The translations under genes were made by a program, and so were the position numbers. The notes under the pieces were generated by a model. It saw nothing but the letters and a program-made list of their open reading frames with translations. It made no database searches and had not been told where the DNA came from. A stretch of 64,000 bases of DNA from Bacillota bacterium (lineage in GTDB: Bacteria > Bacillota > JAAYKD01), in NCBI GenBank assembly GCA_963666425.2, contig OY762825.2, forward strand, positions 768,001-832,000. Reading direction: 5' to 3'. Below are positions 30,232 through 41,500 of this stretch, one piece after another (the first letter of the stretch is position 1; every line of letters begins with the position of its first letter).

Positions 30232-30930
30232 CTAGGATCCGAGATATGCTTTTTTTACCGCATCACTTTTGGCAAGCTCCGCTCCGCTGCCGCTCAGCCC
30301 GATTTTACCCGATTCCAGGACATAGGCGCGATCGGCAATGCGGAGGGCCATTTCCGCATTCTGTTCGATCAAAAGAATCGTTGTGCCGGAGCGATGCAAT
30401 TCACGAATAATTTCAAAAATCTGACTGACTAAGATCGGCGCCAATCCCATGGAAGGTTCATCCAGCATCAATAGTTTGGGTTGGCTCATCAAGGCGCGCC
30501 CAATCGCCAGCATCTGCTGTTCGCCGCCGGACAGTGTTCCGGCAATCTGATTTCGCCGTTCTTTCAGGCGCGGAAAGCGCTGGTAGATTGCTTCAAAATC
30601 TGATGGGCTGATTTTTTTTTGGTGATAGGCTCCCATCTCCAGATTTTCCTGCACGCTCATGCGCAAAAAAATCCGGCGCCCTTCCGGTACATGCGCCAAA
30701 CCTTTGGTCACTAGCTGATAAGCCTCTGTCCGTCCGATTTCCTGATCAAGAAAGCGGATACTGCCTGTTTTAGAGCGCAGCAGACCGGACACCGTCTTGA
30801 GCACCGTCGATTTGCCTGCTCCGTTCGCCCCAATCAGAGAGACGATTTCTCCAGGTTTCACTTCGAAGGAGACTTGCTTGATTGCGTGGATGCTGCCATA
30901 ATAGACATTCATCTCTTCTACCTTCAGCAT
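30232..30930 (-). CDS. livF: Branched-chain amino acid ABC transporter ATPase
   Basis: GANGAGKS, VPEGRRIF, LSGGEQQM, LDEPSMGLAP. Confidence 0.93.
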   Translation of the reverse strand: MLKVEEMNVYYGSIHAIKQVSFEVKPGEIVSLIGANGAGKSTVLKTVSGLLRSKTGSIRFLDQEIGRTEAYQLVTKGLAHVPEGRRIFLRMSVQENLEMGAYHQKKISPSDFEAIYQRFPRLKERRNQIAGTLSGGEQQMLAIGRALMSQPKLLMLDEPSMGLAPILVSQIFEIIRELHRSGTTILLIEQNAEMALRIADRAYVLESGKIGLSGSGAELAKSDAVKKAYLGS

Positions 30931-31767
30931 TTAGTCCGCCTCCTTTTTCCCCAAGTAAGCTTCAATCACGAGGGGATTCTGCTTGATTTCCTGCGGAGTG
31001 CCTTTGGCAATCAGCTTACCGTAATTCATCACGCAAATTTGCTCGCAAATTCCCATCACCAAGCGCATATCATGTTCGATCAGCAGAATCGCTATCTGAA
31101 ACGTATCCCGTATTTTTTGGATGTTTTGCATCAATTCGGCGGTTTCGGCCGGATTCATGCCCGCTGCCGGTTCATCCAACAAGAGAATTTTCGGTTGTGT
31201 GGCCAACGCCCGAACGATCTCTAAGCGTCTTTGCGCTCCGTAGGGTAAACTGCCGGCAAGGACATGAGCCTTTCCCTGCATTTCAAAAACGCTCAGCAGG
31301 TCATACGCTTGGTCATCTGCTTGTTTTTCGTCCTTGTGATAATGGAAGCCATGCGTTACAGCATCCAGAAAATTCGTCTGCATCCGATTATGCAAGCCAA
31401 TCTTGACATTATCCAACACGGACATCTGGGAAAAGAGACGAATATTCTGAAAGGTGCGGGCAATCCCCAATCGATTGACCTCAGCCGTCGTTTTCCCTGC
31501 CGTATCCAGTTCATCCAAATAAATGTTGCCACGTGTCGGCTGGTAGACATTGGTCAGCAAATTGAATACGGTAGTTTTACCGGCGCCATTCGGACCAATC
31601 AAGCCGGCAATCTCGTTGCTGCCAACGCTGAAGGAAAAATCATGTACTGCGCTTAAGCCACCAAAATCGATGCCTAACTGACAGATCTGTAAAATCGCCT
31701 TGTGATCTGTCTCCCGCTCCCCCGGAAGCTGTTTGCCCGGCAGCGCTACAAGCTGCGCTTTAGTCAT
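30931..31767 (-). CDS. livG: Branched-chain amino acid ABC transporter ATPase
   Basis: GPNGAGKTT, RTFQNIRLF, LDEPAAGMN. Confidence 0.93.
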   Translation of the reverse strand: MTKAQLVALPGKQLPGERETDHKAILQICQLGIDFGGLSAVHDFSFSVGSNEIAGLIGPNGAGKTTVFNLLTNVYQPTRGNIYLDELDTAGKTTAEVNRLGIARTFQNIRLFSQMSVLDNVKIGLHNRMQTNFLDAVTHGFHYHKDEKQADDQAYDLLSVFEMQGKAHVLAGSLPYGAQRRLEIVRALATQPKILLLDEPAAGMNPAETAELMQNIQKIRDTFQIAILLIEHDMRLVMGICEQICVMNYGKLIAKGTPQEIKQNPLVIEAYLGKKEAD

Positions 31768-32758
31768 CGAGGAACGCCTCCTTTGGGTTTTGCTTCAGAA
31801 ATCTCATCACCTTACTGCCGATTTTTCGCTTGATTTCACGATATTTGGGGGAAGCATTGAGAATCATCATCACAATCAAAATCAAAGCGTAAAGCAGCAT
31901 GCGATAATCGCTCATAAAGCGCAGCGCTTCCGGCAGAACCGTTAACAGAGCAGCGGCAATCATGGAGCCGCGAACGCTGCCCATCCCGCCCAGCACGACA
32001 ATCACCAGAATTTCAATGGATTTGTTATAGTCAAAGGTGCTGGCAGTCAGAATAGAATAGTTATGCCCGTAGAGTACACCGGCTGTTCCGGCAAAGAAAG
32101 CCGCTAGAATAAAAGCAGCCAGCTTATAAGTGTGGACGTTGATGCCGCACGATTCGGCAGCAATAGCATTCTCGCGCAGCGAGCGGATCGCTCGCCCGTG
32201 CTTGGAATCGATCAGGTTCAGAATAACAAATAAAGTAAGCAAGACGACCAGGAAAGCGCTTGTAAAACTGACATCCTGGGGAGTCCCCTTCAGCCCGGAT
32301 GCACCGCCGGTGAATTTGAGATTGATTATGACACTGCGCACAATTTCACCAAAGGCAAGCGTCACAATCGCCAGGTAGTCCCCTTTCAAGCGCAGCACCG
32401 GAATACCGATCAGAACACCAAAACAAGCAGCAACCAAGCCACCAACCAGAATCGCCAAAGGAAAACGCAAGACAGTCGTCAGGCTGTCTTGTGTCGCCTG
32501 GGAAAACAAACAGCCGGCATAAGCGCCCAGCGACATAAAGCCGGCATGCCCCAAAGAGAGGTCACCCAGCACACCTACGACCAGGTTCAGGGAAACCGCT
32601 AAGATAATGTTAATACAAATCGGTACCAGCATCGACTGCAGGTGACGGGAAGCATTGCCCGTTTGAATGAGAAGCAGCATCAACAGGTAAAAAAAGATCG
32701 CCAAAGTATAGGTGATAAAATTCCGACTCGGTCTTTTAATTTGTTTCATCACGCTCAC
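31760..32758 (-). CDS. livM: Branched-chain amino acid ABC transporter permease
   Basis: SLGHAGF, RLKGDYLAIVTLAFGEI, VVLGGMGS. Confidence 0.92.
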   Translation of the reverse strand: MSVMKQIKRPSRNFITYTLAIFFYLLMLLLIQTGNASRHLQSMLVPICINIILAVSLNLVVGVLGDLSLGHAGFMSLGAYAGCLFSQATQDSLTTVLRFPLAILVGGLVAACFGVLIGIPVLRLKGDYLAIVTLAFGEIVRSVIINLKFTGGASGLKGTPQDVSFTSAFLVVLLTLFVILNLIDSKHGRAIRSLRENAIAAESCGINVHTYKLAAFILAAFFAGTAGVLYGHNYSILTASTFDYNKSIEILVIVVLGGMGSVRGSMIAAALLTVLPEALRFMSDYRMLLYALILIVMMILNASPKYREIKRKIGSKVMRFLKQNPKEAFLDD

Positions 32759-33640
32759 CTACACCTTCTCTTCGATTTTTTTACCAAGCAGTCCGGTCGG
32801 TTTAAAGAGCAGGACGACGATCAAAACCGCAAAAACGATCGCATCGGAAAGTTCTGCGGAGAGATAGGCTTTGGATAGATTTTCGATCATGCCCAGAACA
32901 ATGCCGCCGATCATCGCTCCCGGTATGGAACCGATACCTCCGAATACGGCGGCAACAAAGGCTTTGATGCCGGGCATGGAACCGCTGTAAGGACCGATAA
33001 AGCCATAGGTCGTGCCATAAAAAATGCCCGCTACGGCTGCCAAAGCACAGCCAAGCGCAAAGGTCAGTGAGATGGTGCGATTGACGCTGATTCCCATCAA
33101 CTCCGCAGCGTCCTGGTCTTCCGATACCGCCTGCATGGCTTTGCCCATCCTGGTTCGACGAATGAACCAGGTCAGTCCCAGCATGATCACACTGGTTACC
33201 GCCAGTGTTAAAACCGAATCGCCTCGCATGCTCAGACTGCCCAAGGTGATGGTAGGAATCGAGATGATTTTTGGAAAACTTTTCTGTGCCGAGCCAAACA
33301 GCAACTGCGTCAGGTTCTGTAAAAAATAGCTGACCCCGATGGCTGTGATGAGAACAGACAGCGACGCTTCTTTGCGCAGCGGCTTGTAAGCGATTTTTTC
33401 GATCAGCGTCCCCAGCATCACACAGCAAAGCAGGCTGAGAATGACTGCCAGCCAGCCTGGTAAGCCAAAACTTGAGACAGCGACAATGACTGTATAAGCT
33501 CCTACCATGATGATATCGCCATGGGCAAAGTTCAGCATTTTAGCAATGCCGTAAACCATGGTATAACCTAGGGCAATCAAAGCATAAATCGATCCCAGAC
33601 TCAGTCCGCTGATTAAATTCGAAAGAAAATTCATCATCAT
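32759..33640 (-). CDS. livH: Branched-chain amino acid ABC transporter permease
   Basis: GSIYALIALGYTMVYG, NFAHG, GGIGSIPGA. Confidence 0.92.
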   Translation of the reverse strand: MMMNFLSNLISGLSLGSIYALIALGYTMVYGIAKMLNFAHGDIIMVGAYTVIVAVSSFGLPGWLAVILSLLCCVMLGTLIEKIAYKPLRKEASLSVLITAIGVSYFLQNLTQLLFGSAQKSFPKIISIPTITLGSLSMRGDSVLTLAVTSVIMLGLTWFIRRTRMGKAMQAVSEDQDAAELMGISVNRTISLTFALGCALAAVAGIFYGTTYGFIGPYSGSMPGIKAFVAAVFGGIGSIPGAMIGGIVLGMIENLSKAYLSAELSDAIVFAVLIVVLLFKPTGLLGKKIEEKV

Positions 33641-33709
33641 CTGCTCCGTTTTGCTGCTCCGGAACAAAACATAGGTGTTTATTCCGGAGCAATTCTTCTG
33701 TTATCACAC

Positions 33710-34873
33710 CTATTTCGCATAGGCGACATAAGCGCTGTTCTTGATTACCACCGCCGTCGCACTTTTGGCGGGTTCCCCGTCGGCAGACCAGGTCATTTTG
33801 CCGGTCAGGCCGTCCACAGTGATTTTTGTCATAGCTGCGACCATTTTGGCATTGAAATCTTTATCGGATAAAGAAGTAATTTTCGCCTGCTGCATCGCTG
33901 CGGCAATGGTGTAAACCGCGTCATAGGCATCGGCAGCAAATTGATCCGGAGTGCTTGTGTAGGCTTTTTTATAAGCGGTTACAAAAGCAACTGTCTTTTC
34001 GTCTTTGGCATCGGCGGCAAAGGGAGTCAGCAGCATGATACCTTCGGTGAGTGCTGCATTTTCCGCTCCCATTTGCGCGATAATACCATCCATGCCATCA
34101 ACCCCAAAGTATCTGATATCAAGATCGCTGGATTGCGTCAAAATCATGGCAGCTTCCTGATAATAGATCGGCAGGAACAGAAGGTCTGCGCCGGAATTGC
34201 GCACCGCTTGAATTTGCACACTGAAATCCGTGTTGCTTTGATCGGTAAATGCCTGTTTTTCCACCACGTTCAAGCCTACTTTTGCAGCTTCTGCCGTAAA
34301 AGTATCGGTGATGCCGGAGGAATAATCGCTCGATTTATCATAAATGATGGCTACTTTATTGGCAATTTTGTTTTCTTGAATAAAATCGGCTGCATAAGTG
34401 CCTTGCACCGCATCGGTAAAACAAATCCGGAAACAATTATCATATTGGGTCGCTTCTTTCTGAGAAGCAGAAGGAGTAATCATTAAAAATCCATCTTTTT
34501 TCACTTCTTCCGTCACCGCAACACAGGCACCGCTGGTCACACAACCCAAAGAGGCCTGCATACCGGCGTCCACCAGCGTAGCATAGGCATTGACCGCCAT
34601 CGCGGGATCTGCCTGATCATCTTCAAATTTCAGTTCGAATTTGATTTTTTCCACGCCGCCTTTGGCATTGATTTCATCCACAGCCATCTGAGCACCTTGT
34701 TTGACAGAATTGCCATAACTGGCTGCACTGCCGGTCAAAGGACCGGAACCACCGATGACTAAAGTTTGCTTTGCATCCGCAGCACTTGGTGCTTTTTGAT
34801 TACAACCGGTCAGGCTGATCACGGCGATCACAGCGATTAAGATAAAGCTCAATATTCTTTTGTATGTTTTCAT
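33710..34873 (-). CDS. livK: Branched-chain amino acid ABC transporter substrate-binding lipoprotein
   Basis: LTGC lipobox, GPLTG.AA.YG, EINAKGG, AYDAVY. Confidence 0.88.
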   Translation of the reverse strand: MKTYKRILSFILIAVIAVISLTGCNQKAPSAADAKQTLVIGGSGPLTGSAASYGNSVKQGAQMAVDEINAKGGVEKIKFELKFEDDQADPAMAVNAYATLVDAGMQASLGCVTSGACVAVTEEVKKDGFLMITPSASQKEATQYDNCFRICFTDAVQGTYAADFIQENKIANKVAIIYDKSSDYSSGITDTFTAEAAKVGLNVVEKQAFTDQSNTDFSVQIQAVRNSGADLLFLPIYYQEAAMILTQSSDLDIRYFGVDGMDGIIAQMGAENAALTEGIMLLTPFAADAKDEKTVAFVTAYKKAYTSTPDQFAADAYDAVYTIAAAMQQAKITSLSDKDFNAKMVAAMTKITVDGLTGKMTWSADGEPAKSATAVVIKNSAYVAYAK

Positions 34874-34982
34874 TACGATTGCCTCATTTCCTAATTTTGT
34901 TTTTGCACTTCACTCTGTACTCTTTGTTCTTCACTCTTTGCTTTTCTCTGATTGTTCCCGGGACAGCCAGAGAAAAAAGTAT

Positions 34983-35016
34983 AAAAAAAACGGCACCGCT
35001 ATTTTAGCAGTGCCGC
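34983..35016 (-). terminator. Leader (attenuator) terminator upstream of livK
   Basis: minus strand CGGCACTGCT-AAAAT-AGCGGTGCCG-T8. Confidence 0.85.
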
Positions 35017-35037
35017 TTTGATTATTATTGTTAGGTT

Positions 35038-35331
35038 CTAACAATCGTTGCGGTAAGGCTCTTTTAGCGTTATTGTCTGATTCTTAATTAAGACTAGGAC
35101 TAGCAGGCTGACTAAGCTGATCAGGCTAATCAGGCTAATTAGGTTAATTAGGCTAATGACAATAATGCTAATGAGGACGCATACAAAAATAGACACTGTA
35201 CTAACAGTGTCTACAGAAACAGTCATGGTAAAATTAGCAGAAGCAAATTTGGGGCAGAAAGAAAGCGTCGGCGCAGATGATTCGCTGCCGGCGTAAGCAC
35301 TATTCTTTTTTGTATCTGTAAGATTGAACAT
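35038..35331 (-). CDS. Ile/Leu/Val-rich leader peptide of liv operon (putative attenuator)
   Basis: AGGAGG RBS; 26 of 35 codons (48-82) are I/L/V; lies between promoter and terminator. Confidence 0.7.
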   Translation of the reverse strand: MFNLTDTKKNSAYAGSESSAPTLSFCPKFASANFTMTVSVDTVSTVSIFVCVLISIIVISLINLISLISLISLVSLLVLVLIKNQTITLKEPYRNDC

Positions 35332-35362
35332 TGCTTTTTCCTCCTGTCAGGTATTGTTGACA

Positions 35363-35391
35363 ATCATACAGGCGCAGAGGATTTTTGTCAA
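35363..35391 (-). promoter_or_regulatory. sigma-A promoter of liv leader
   Basis: TTGACA-17-TATGAT on minus strand. Confidence 0.75.
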
Positions 35392-35516
35392 TCAATTTTT
35401 TTGGAGTATTTCAATTTTTACAGCATAGAATTTGAAGTCGGCAGGAAGTACGACTTCCGCTTTACATCTGATTGCCTCATCTTTTCTTCCTTCTTGGCAA
35501 AATATACCGATTGCTG

Positions 35517-36632
35517 CTAGCCATTGAACGTTGTCTCGGGCAGCTCCCCTGCCAAATCCCGTAAAAAAGGATCGGTCAAAAAGTAGGTAAATTGATCAAA
35601 ACTGCCAATCTTTCGGCTTTGGAATCGGCTCGGAAGCTGACTTGAATTCGCCCTGTGCATTTCCTGCAGCAGCTGTTCAAATACATACCAACGTAAATGA
35701 GAAAGCAGAGAAGTTTCAATCCAATAAAAATACCGCGGTCCGGGACAGCCTCGCTCTAATTTTTTCAGGCGGAGGTAAGCTGCCAGTCCATCGGAAACAT
35801 CATGCCAAAGGTCGGCAAATACCAGATTGTAGCTTTCTTTTGCCGCGTATTTTTCCAGATAGTCAAACGCGTCCATGGCAACGATACTCACTTTTTCCGG
35901 GTGAGAAAACTGGGGCAGAATATATTCTTGAAACAACCGAATCACTTTTTCATCTTTTTCCACTACAGTGATATGGGTTACTTCGGCTTTTTCGGAAGTC
36001 ATATAAGGAAAATAGCCAAGTCCCAAGCCAAAGGTGACGATCTTACCTTTTGCGGCATCAATCACCGGCTGCATGGTTTCAATTTCATTGGGTGTGATGG
36101 TCATCCATTCCTGCCCGGCTTGCAGGACGGCCGGAAAGGAAAACGGTTCACTAAAAAAACCCAATTGCGGTATTTCCCGAAAATTGTGTTCCAGCTTGAT
36201 ATCGTTGTAAATAAACGCCTGATAGGGCTGCAAGCACTCGGTCTTCAATTTCCAATCAGACAGCATTCGCGTCGGGATGCTGATCTTGCGGTAATAAGGA
36301 TTTGCCTGGTAGCAGCTCACGTCCAGCTTCCTGATGGAAGGGAGGAAATACTCTCTGGCAATCTGCAGATCCCGCTGATTTTGCTCGGTATCCAAGCCAC
36401 AAGCAGTGGTCAATAAACCAAAGAAAGCATATTCTTCTGATAATCCGGCTTCTTGTTGCAGCGGTTCGATTAATTCTTTGGTGATCAAAGCCGCATGATG
36501 AGTCAAAAAATAACTGTACATACCAATGACTTCAAAATTTCTCGCCTTCATTTCGGCGATTTGCCTGACCTTCTCCCGGTCGGCTTGATTCAGATTGATT
36601 TCCATATCTTTCTCCATTGCTTTCATAGACAT
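35517..36632 (-). CDS. SAM-binding (spermidine-synthase/methyltransferase-like) hypothetical protein
   Basis: VTFGLGLGY motif I, ITVVE, DAFDY, FADLW. Confidence 0.6.
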   Translation of the reverse strand: MSMKAMEKDMEINLNQADREKVRQIAEMKARNFEVIGMYSYFLTHHAALITKELIEPLQQEAGLSEEYAFFGLLTTACGLDTEQNQRDLQIAREYFLPSIRKLDVSCYQANPYYRKISIPTRMLSDWKLKTECLQPYQAFIYNDIKLEHNFREIPQLGFFSEPFSFPAVLQAGQEWMTITPNEIETMQPVIDAAKGKIVTFGLGLGYFPYMTSEKAEVTHITVVEKDEKVIRLFQEYILPQFSHPEKVSIVAMDAFDYLEKYAAKESYNLVFADLWHDVSDGLAAYLRLKKLERGCPGPRYFYWIETSLLSHLRWYVFEQLLQEMHRANSSQLPSRFQSRKIGSFDQFTYFLTDPFLRDLAGELPETTFNG

Positions 36633-36675
36633 AAAAAGCCATTGCAGTCTGAAAAAACCAGAACTTGCGGGAAAA

Positions 36676-36709
36676 CAAAAAAGGGAAACTCAAAAGCTTC
36701 CCTTTTTTG
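36676..36709 (-). terminator. Terminator of hydrogenase operon
   Basis: AAAAAAGGGAA...TTCCCTTTTTT. Confidence 0.7.
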
Positions 36710-36741
36710 TCTGCCCGAGCAAAGTTGAATTGAACTAACTC

Positions 36742-38529
36742 CTATTGATTCAAGAACTGATTGTAAATACCTCTCTTGGTATAATGCGTATGCAGCAATT
36801 CATGCGAAACACTGCCCAGAGGGGTGATCAGAAAATCTTCATACAGTTTGATGATGGAAGGATTTTCATGGGATTTACGCAGAGCTTTGCCTTCGTCTTC
36901 CCGATAAATTGCCTTCATTCTCTTCAATCTGATTTTCTGATTGGTCTGTCTGGGCTGACCGCCGCCGCTGATGCAGCCGCCGGGACATCCCATGATTTCA
37001 ATGAAATGATACGGCGATTGACCCGCCGCGACTTGGTCCATCAGTTGTTTTGCCCCGCTTAAGCCGCTGGTGACAGCGATCTTCAGCACAACGCCATCAA
37101 GGAAGGAAAATTCCGCTTTGGGCTGTTCGATCTTAATTTCCGTAGTTTTAATCTGATCCAACCCCATAATCGGTTTGACATGCAGCAGTTCAAACGGCAA
37201 TTCCCTGCCGGTGACCACTTCATAAACTGTGCGCAAGGCCGCTTCCATTACACCGCCGGTGGTGCCGAATATATCGGCTGCTCCGGTAGAAAAACCAAGC
37301 GGACTATCAAATTGAGATTCCGGCAGGGATGTAAAATCAATCCCGGCTCCCTTGATCATTTTGGCAAATTCGCGGGTAGTCAGCACGGCATCCACATTAG
37401 GATATCCCCCGTTTTGCATTTCCGGTCGGGTGATTTCAAACTTTTTCGCGGTACAGGGCATGATCGAAACGACAAAGATATCTTTGGGATCCACGCCGAT
37501 CTTTTCGGCATAATAAGACTTAATCAGCGCGCCAAGCATCATATGCGGCGATTTACAAGTCGATAAATGACCAAGTTCCTGTGGATAGGTATGTTCCATA
37601 TACTTGATCCAACCGGGGCTACAGCTGGTGATCATCGGTAAATCAGCTTCTTTGCCGGATAACGCGTCAGTCAGTCGTTTCAGCAGCTCGTTGCCTTCCT
37701 CGATGATGGTCAGATCGGCTGCGAAATTAGTATCAAACACATCGTCAAAACCCAAATCTCTCAGGGCAGTAACCATTTTACCCGTGACCAGCGTACCTGC
37801 TTCGTAACCAAATTCTTCTCCCAGCGCCGCTCGCACCGCCGGCGCCGTCTGCACGATCACTCGTTTCGTTTTATCAAAGATGGCGTTCCAGACTGCTGCG
37901 ATCGAATCCTTCTCCTGCAGTGCTCCCACCGGACAAACCGTGGTGCATTGCCCGCAATAGGTACAGTCAACCGTATTCAGTGGCAACTCGGCTGCCGGAC
38001 TGACAACGCTCTTGAAACCTCTGTTCTGCACATTCAGAATGCCGACACCCTGAATCTGGCTGCACATGGTCACGCAGCGGCGGCAGAGAATACACTTGGC
38101 GCTGTCTCTAACGATGGAAGGAGATGTTTCATCCAAATAAGCTTTGGAATGTTCGCCTTCAAAGCGCGACTCACCAACCTGCAGCAACTCACCCAGCTTT
38201 TGAAATTCGCAGCTCTGATTGCGTGAGCAATTCAAACAATCTTTCGGATGATCCGAGAGCATCAGTTCATAAAGCAGCTTTCTTTCTTTCTGCACAACGC
38301 TGGAGTTGGTATGCACAACCATCCCTTCCCGAACCTCTGTCATACAGGAAGCCGGTAGGTTTTTGGCTCCTTCCACTTCAACAACACAGATGCGGCAGGA
38401 ACCAACCTTATGCACACCTTCCAGGTAGCAGAGAGTAGGGATTAAAATATTGTTTTGTTTGGCAGCTTCCAGAATGGTCTGGCCTTCCTCCGCCACGATT
38501 TTCTTATTGTTGATGGTCAGATTAACCAT
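36742..38529 (-). CDS. hydA: [FeFe]-hydrogenase catalytic subunit (group A3 type)
   Basis: H-cluster motifs TSCSPGW, MPCTAKKFE, EIMGCPGGCISGGGQP; N-terminal 2Fe-2S, His-ligated and 2x4Fe-4S motifs. Confidence 0.95.
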   Translation of the reverse strand: MVNLTINNKKIVAEEGQTILEAAKQNNILIPTLCYLEGVHKVGSCRICVVEVEGAKNLPASCMTEVREGMVVHTNSSVVQKERKLLYELMLSDHPKDCLNCSRNQSCEFQKLGELLQVGESRFEGEHSKAYLDETSPSIVRDSAKCILCRRCVTMCSQIQGVGILNVQNRGFKSVVSPAAELPLNTVDCTYCGQCTTVCPVGALQEKDSIAAVWNAIFDKTKRVIVQTAPAVRAALGEEFGYEAGTLVTGKMVTALRDLGFDDVFDTNFAADLTIIEEGNELLKRLTDALSGKEADLPMITSCSPGWIKYMEHTYPQELGHLSTCKSPHMMLGALIKSYYAEKIGVDPKDIFVVSIMPCTAKKFEITRPEMQNGGYPNVDAVLTTREFAKMIKGAGIDFTSLPESQFDSPLGFSTGAADIFGTTGGVMEAALRTVYEVVTGRELPFELLHVKPIMGLDQIKTTEIKIEQPKAEFSFLDGVVLKIAVTSGLSGAKQLMDQVAAGQSPYHFIEIMGCPGGCISGGGQPRQTNQKIRLKRMKAIYREDEGKALRKSHENPSIIKLYEDFLITPLGSVSHELLHTHYTKRGIYNQFLNQ

Positions 38530-38531
38530 AA

Positions 38532-41500
38532 TCAACCCCTCCTGTCGCATCTAAGGCATCTCATGGCTTCAGCGATTGCATTTAATTTATGGAATCCCAC
38601 GGCTACCTCATCGAAGTTATTTTTCCTCTGTTCAGCATCTAAAAATTTCATTGGGAATCTCTCGTGCTCAACAACTTCTTCGTCATTGGTCGCAGCTGGT
38701 ATTTCAATTTCTTCTCCCGTATTGAGGATCCCCTTGCCGCCCAGATATTTATCGATGGATTTGGCGGCATTCTTACCGTCCGCGATGGCGGTAATGACAG
38801 TATCCGAACCCCTCGCTACATCTCCGCCGGCAAATACACCTTTCATCTTGGTCATCAGCGTGTCCTTGTCGGTGACGAAGGTGCCCCATCTGGTTAATTC
38901 CACTTCATCTTTGTTGATGAAAGGTAAATCGGAAGATTGGCTGACCGCCGGTATCACCATATCCACTGGCAGCAAAAACTCGGAACCGGCAATCGCTTTG
39001 GGTTTCCGCCGGCCGCTGGTGTCAAATTCCGTCAGTTCCATTCTATTGCATTCGATGGCGGTGACTGCTTCTGTACCGATAAAACGGATCGGAGCAACCA
39101 ACGGAATGATTTTAACGCCTTCTTCGATGGCATCGTGAATCTCTCTGCTGTCTGCGGGCATATCCTCAATCTGTCGGCGATAAAGGATGGTAACCTCAGA
39201 GGCACCCAGACGGATGGCGGTGCGGGCTGCATCAATCGCGGTATTGCCGCCGCCGATCACCGCAACTCTGGCGCCAACCTTAACTTCGTGGCCAAGATTC
39301 ACATCTTTCAGAAAATCCAAGCCATGATAAACGCCATTCAATTCCTCACCGGGTATATTGACGAGGTTGGAGAATTGGGTACCGGTGGCGATATAGACGG
39401 CATCATGTTTGCTTTTCAGCTGATAGAAAGTAATATCCGTACCAATTTCCGTATTCAGATGAATCTTGACGCCAACTTGCTCGATTTTTTGAATTTCTTT
39501 CGCCAATACTTCTTTGGGCAGCCGGTAAGCCGGGATGCCAAAGGCCAGTACACCACCCGCCACCGGATGAGATTCATAGACATCAATATCATAACCCAAG
39601 CGGGCTAGATAATAGCCGCAGGTTAAGCCTGACGGTCCGGCTCCAATAATGCCAATGCTCTTGCCGTTTTTGGGAAAAACTAAATCCATATAAGGTTCTT
39701 CATCGTTTAAGACGTAGTCTGCGACATAACGTTTGAGATCGGCGATGGAGATCGGCTCGTCGAGCTGTCCTCTTCTGCATTTATTCTCACAGGGATGCGT
39801 GCAGACTCTGCCGCAGATCGCAGGGAAAGGATTTTCTTTTCTGACCAAATTATAGGCATCTCTGAACCTTCCGGCTGCGATCAGCGCCACATAACCCGGC
39901 ACATTGATCCCGGCAGGACAGGCATTCTGGCAGGGCGAGATAAACATATCCGCGCAGACGCCTGCTCTGCAGTGCTTATATTTAATATGCTCTTCATACT
40001 CGTCTCTAAAATTCTTGATCATGCTCAGCACAGGATTGGGAGCCGTCTGACCAAGTCCGCAGACAGCGGTATCCCGAATCGCAGCGCCGAGTTCTTCAAG
40101 CTCTTCGATATCCCCCTCTTTGCCTTCGCCGTGGGTGATTCGTTCCAGTATTTCAAGCATTCGTTTCGTGCCAATTCTGCAAGGTACACATTTACCGCAT
40201 GACTCATCCTGAATAAATTCCATGAAGAAGCGCGCCATATCCACCATACAGGTGTCTTCATCCATGGTAATCAAACCGCCGGAGCCCATAATCGCACCTA
40301 ATTTGACCAGCGATTCATAATCCATCGGCGTGTTGAGACTTTCACTCGTCACACAGCCGCCGGAAGGGCCGCCGCTCTGAGCAGCTTTAAAATTCTTATT
40401 GCGTCGGATGCCACCACCGATATCAAAGATGATCTCACCCAGCGTCGTGCCCATTGGTACTTCTACGATGCCGGTATTATTAATATTACCGGCCAGTGCA
40501 AATACCTTGGTCCCCTTACTTTTTTCGGTGCCGTAACCGGCAAACCAGCTGCTCCCGTTGAGAATAATCGGTGGAATGTTGGCCAGTGTTTCCACATTGT
40601 TGATGATCGTCGGTTTGCCAAAAAGACCGCTCTGGAAGGGGAAAGGCGGTTTTTGTTTTGGTTCGCCTCTTTCACCCTGAATCGAGGCCATCAGAGCCGT
40701 TTCTTCACCGCAAACAAAGGCGCCTGCTCCGATTCTGATCTCAATGTCAAAATCGAACGTGGAGCCAAAGAGCTGTTTACCCAATAAACCGGACGCACGC
40801 GCGCTGTCAATCGCCAAACCGAGCCGTTCAACCGCCAAAGGATATTCTGCCCGCACATAGACAAAACCTTTACGGGCACCGATCGTATAGCCTTCGATGA
40901 TCATCCCTTCTACAACGGAATGCGGATCGCCTTCCAGCAGACTTCTGTCCATAAACGCCCCAGGGTCACCTTCATCGGCATTGCAGACAAGATATTTCTC
41001 GTCGCCCGGTGCTTTCATGCCGGATTCCAACTTGATACCTGTAGGAAATCCCGCACCACCTCTGCCGCGCAGACCCGATTTTTTAACTTCATCCACCACA
41101 TCTTGCGCTGACATTTCCGATAAAACTTTGGCTGCCGCAAAGTAACCGTCTCTGGCTATGTACTCTTCCAGAGAAGAATAATCAATGCTGCCGCAGTTTC
41201 TCAGGGCAATTTTGACCTGATTTTTAAAGTAATCAATTTGATTCAAGTAAGGCACATGCTCGCCGGTTTTTTTCTCGAGATAAGTATTTTCAATTTTAAT
41301 CTTGCCCGCAATCAGATGGGATTCCACAATGGCGGGGATTTCTTTGGCACTCAGTTTGGTATAAAAAACGCTCTCGTTTTCTGATGCCCCAAATGGTTCC
41401 ACCACCATCACCGGTCCGAGATCGCAGGTCCCGATGCAGCCCGTTTCCACGACGCAAACGCTTTCGGAAAGTTGATTCTCTTGCAGCGCTTTGAGCAAAG

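Noticed and set aside
32802-33428. Long alternative-frame and antisense ORFs here and at 38455-39608
   Set aside because: They overlap well-supported liv/hyd genes and have no recognisable motifs
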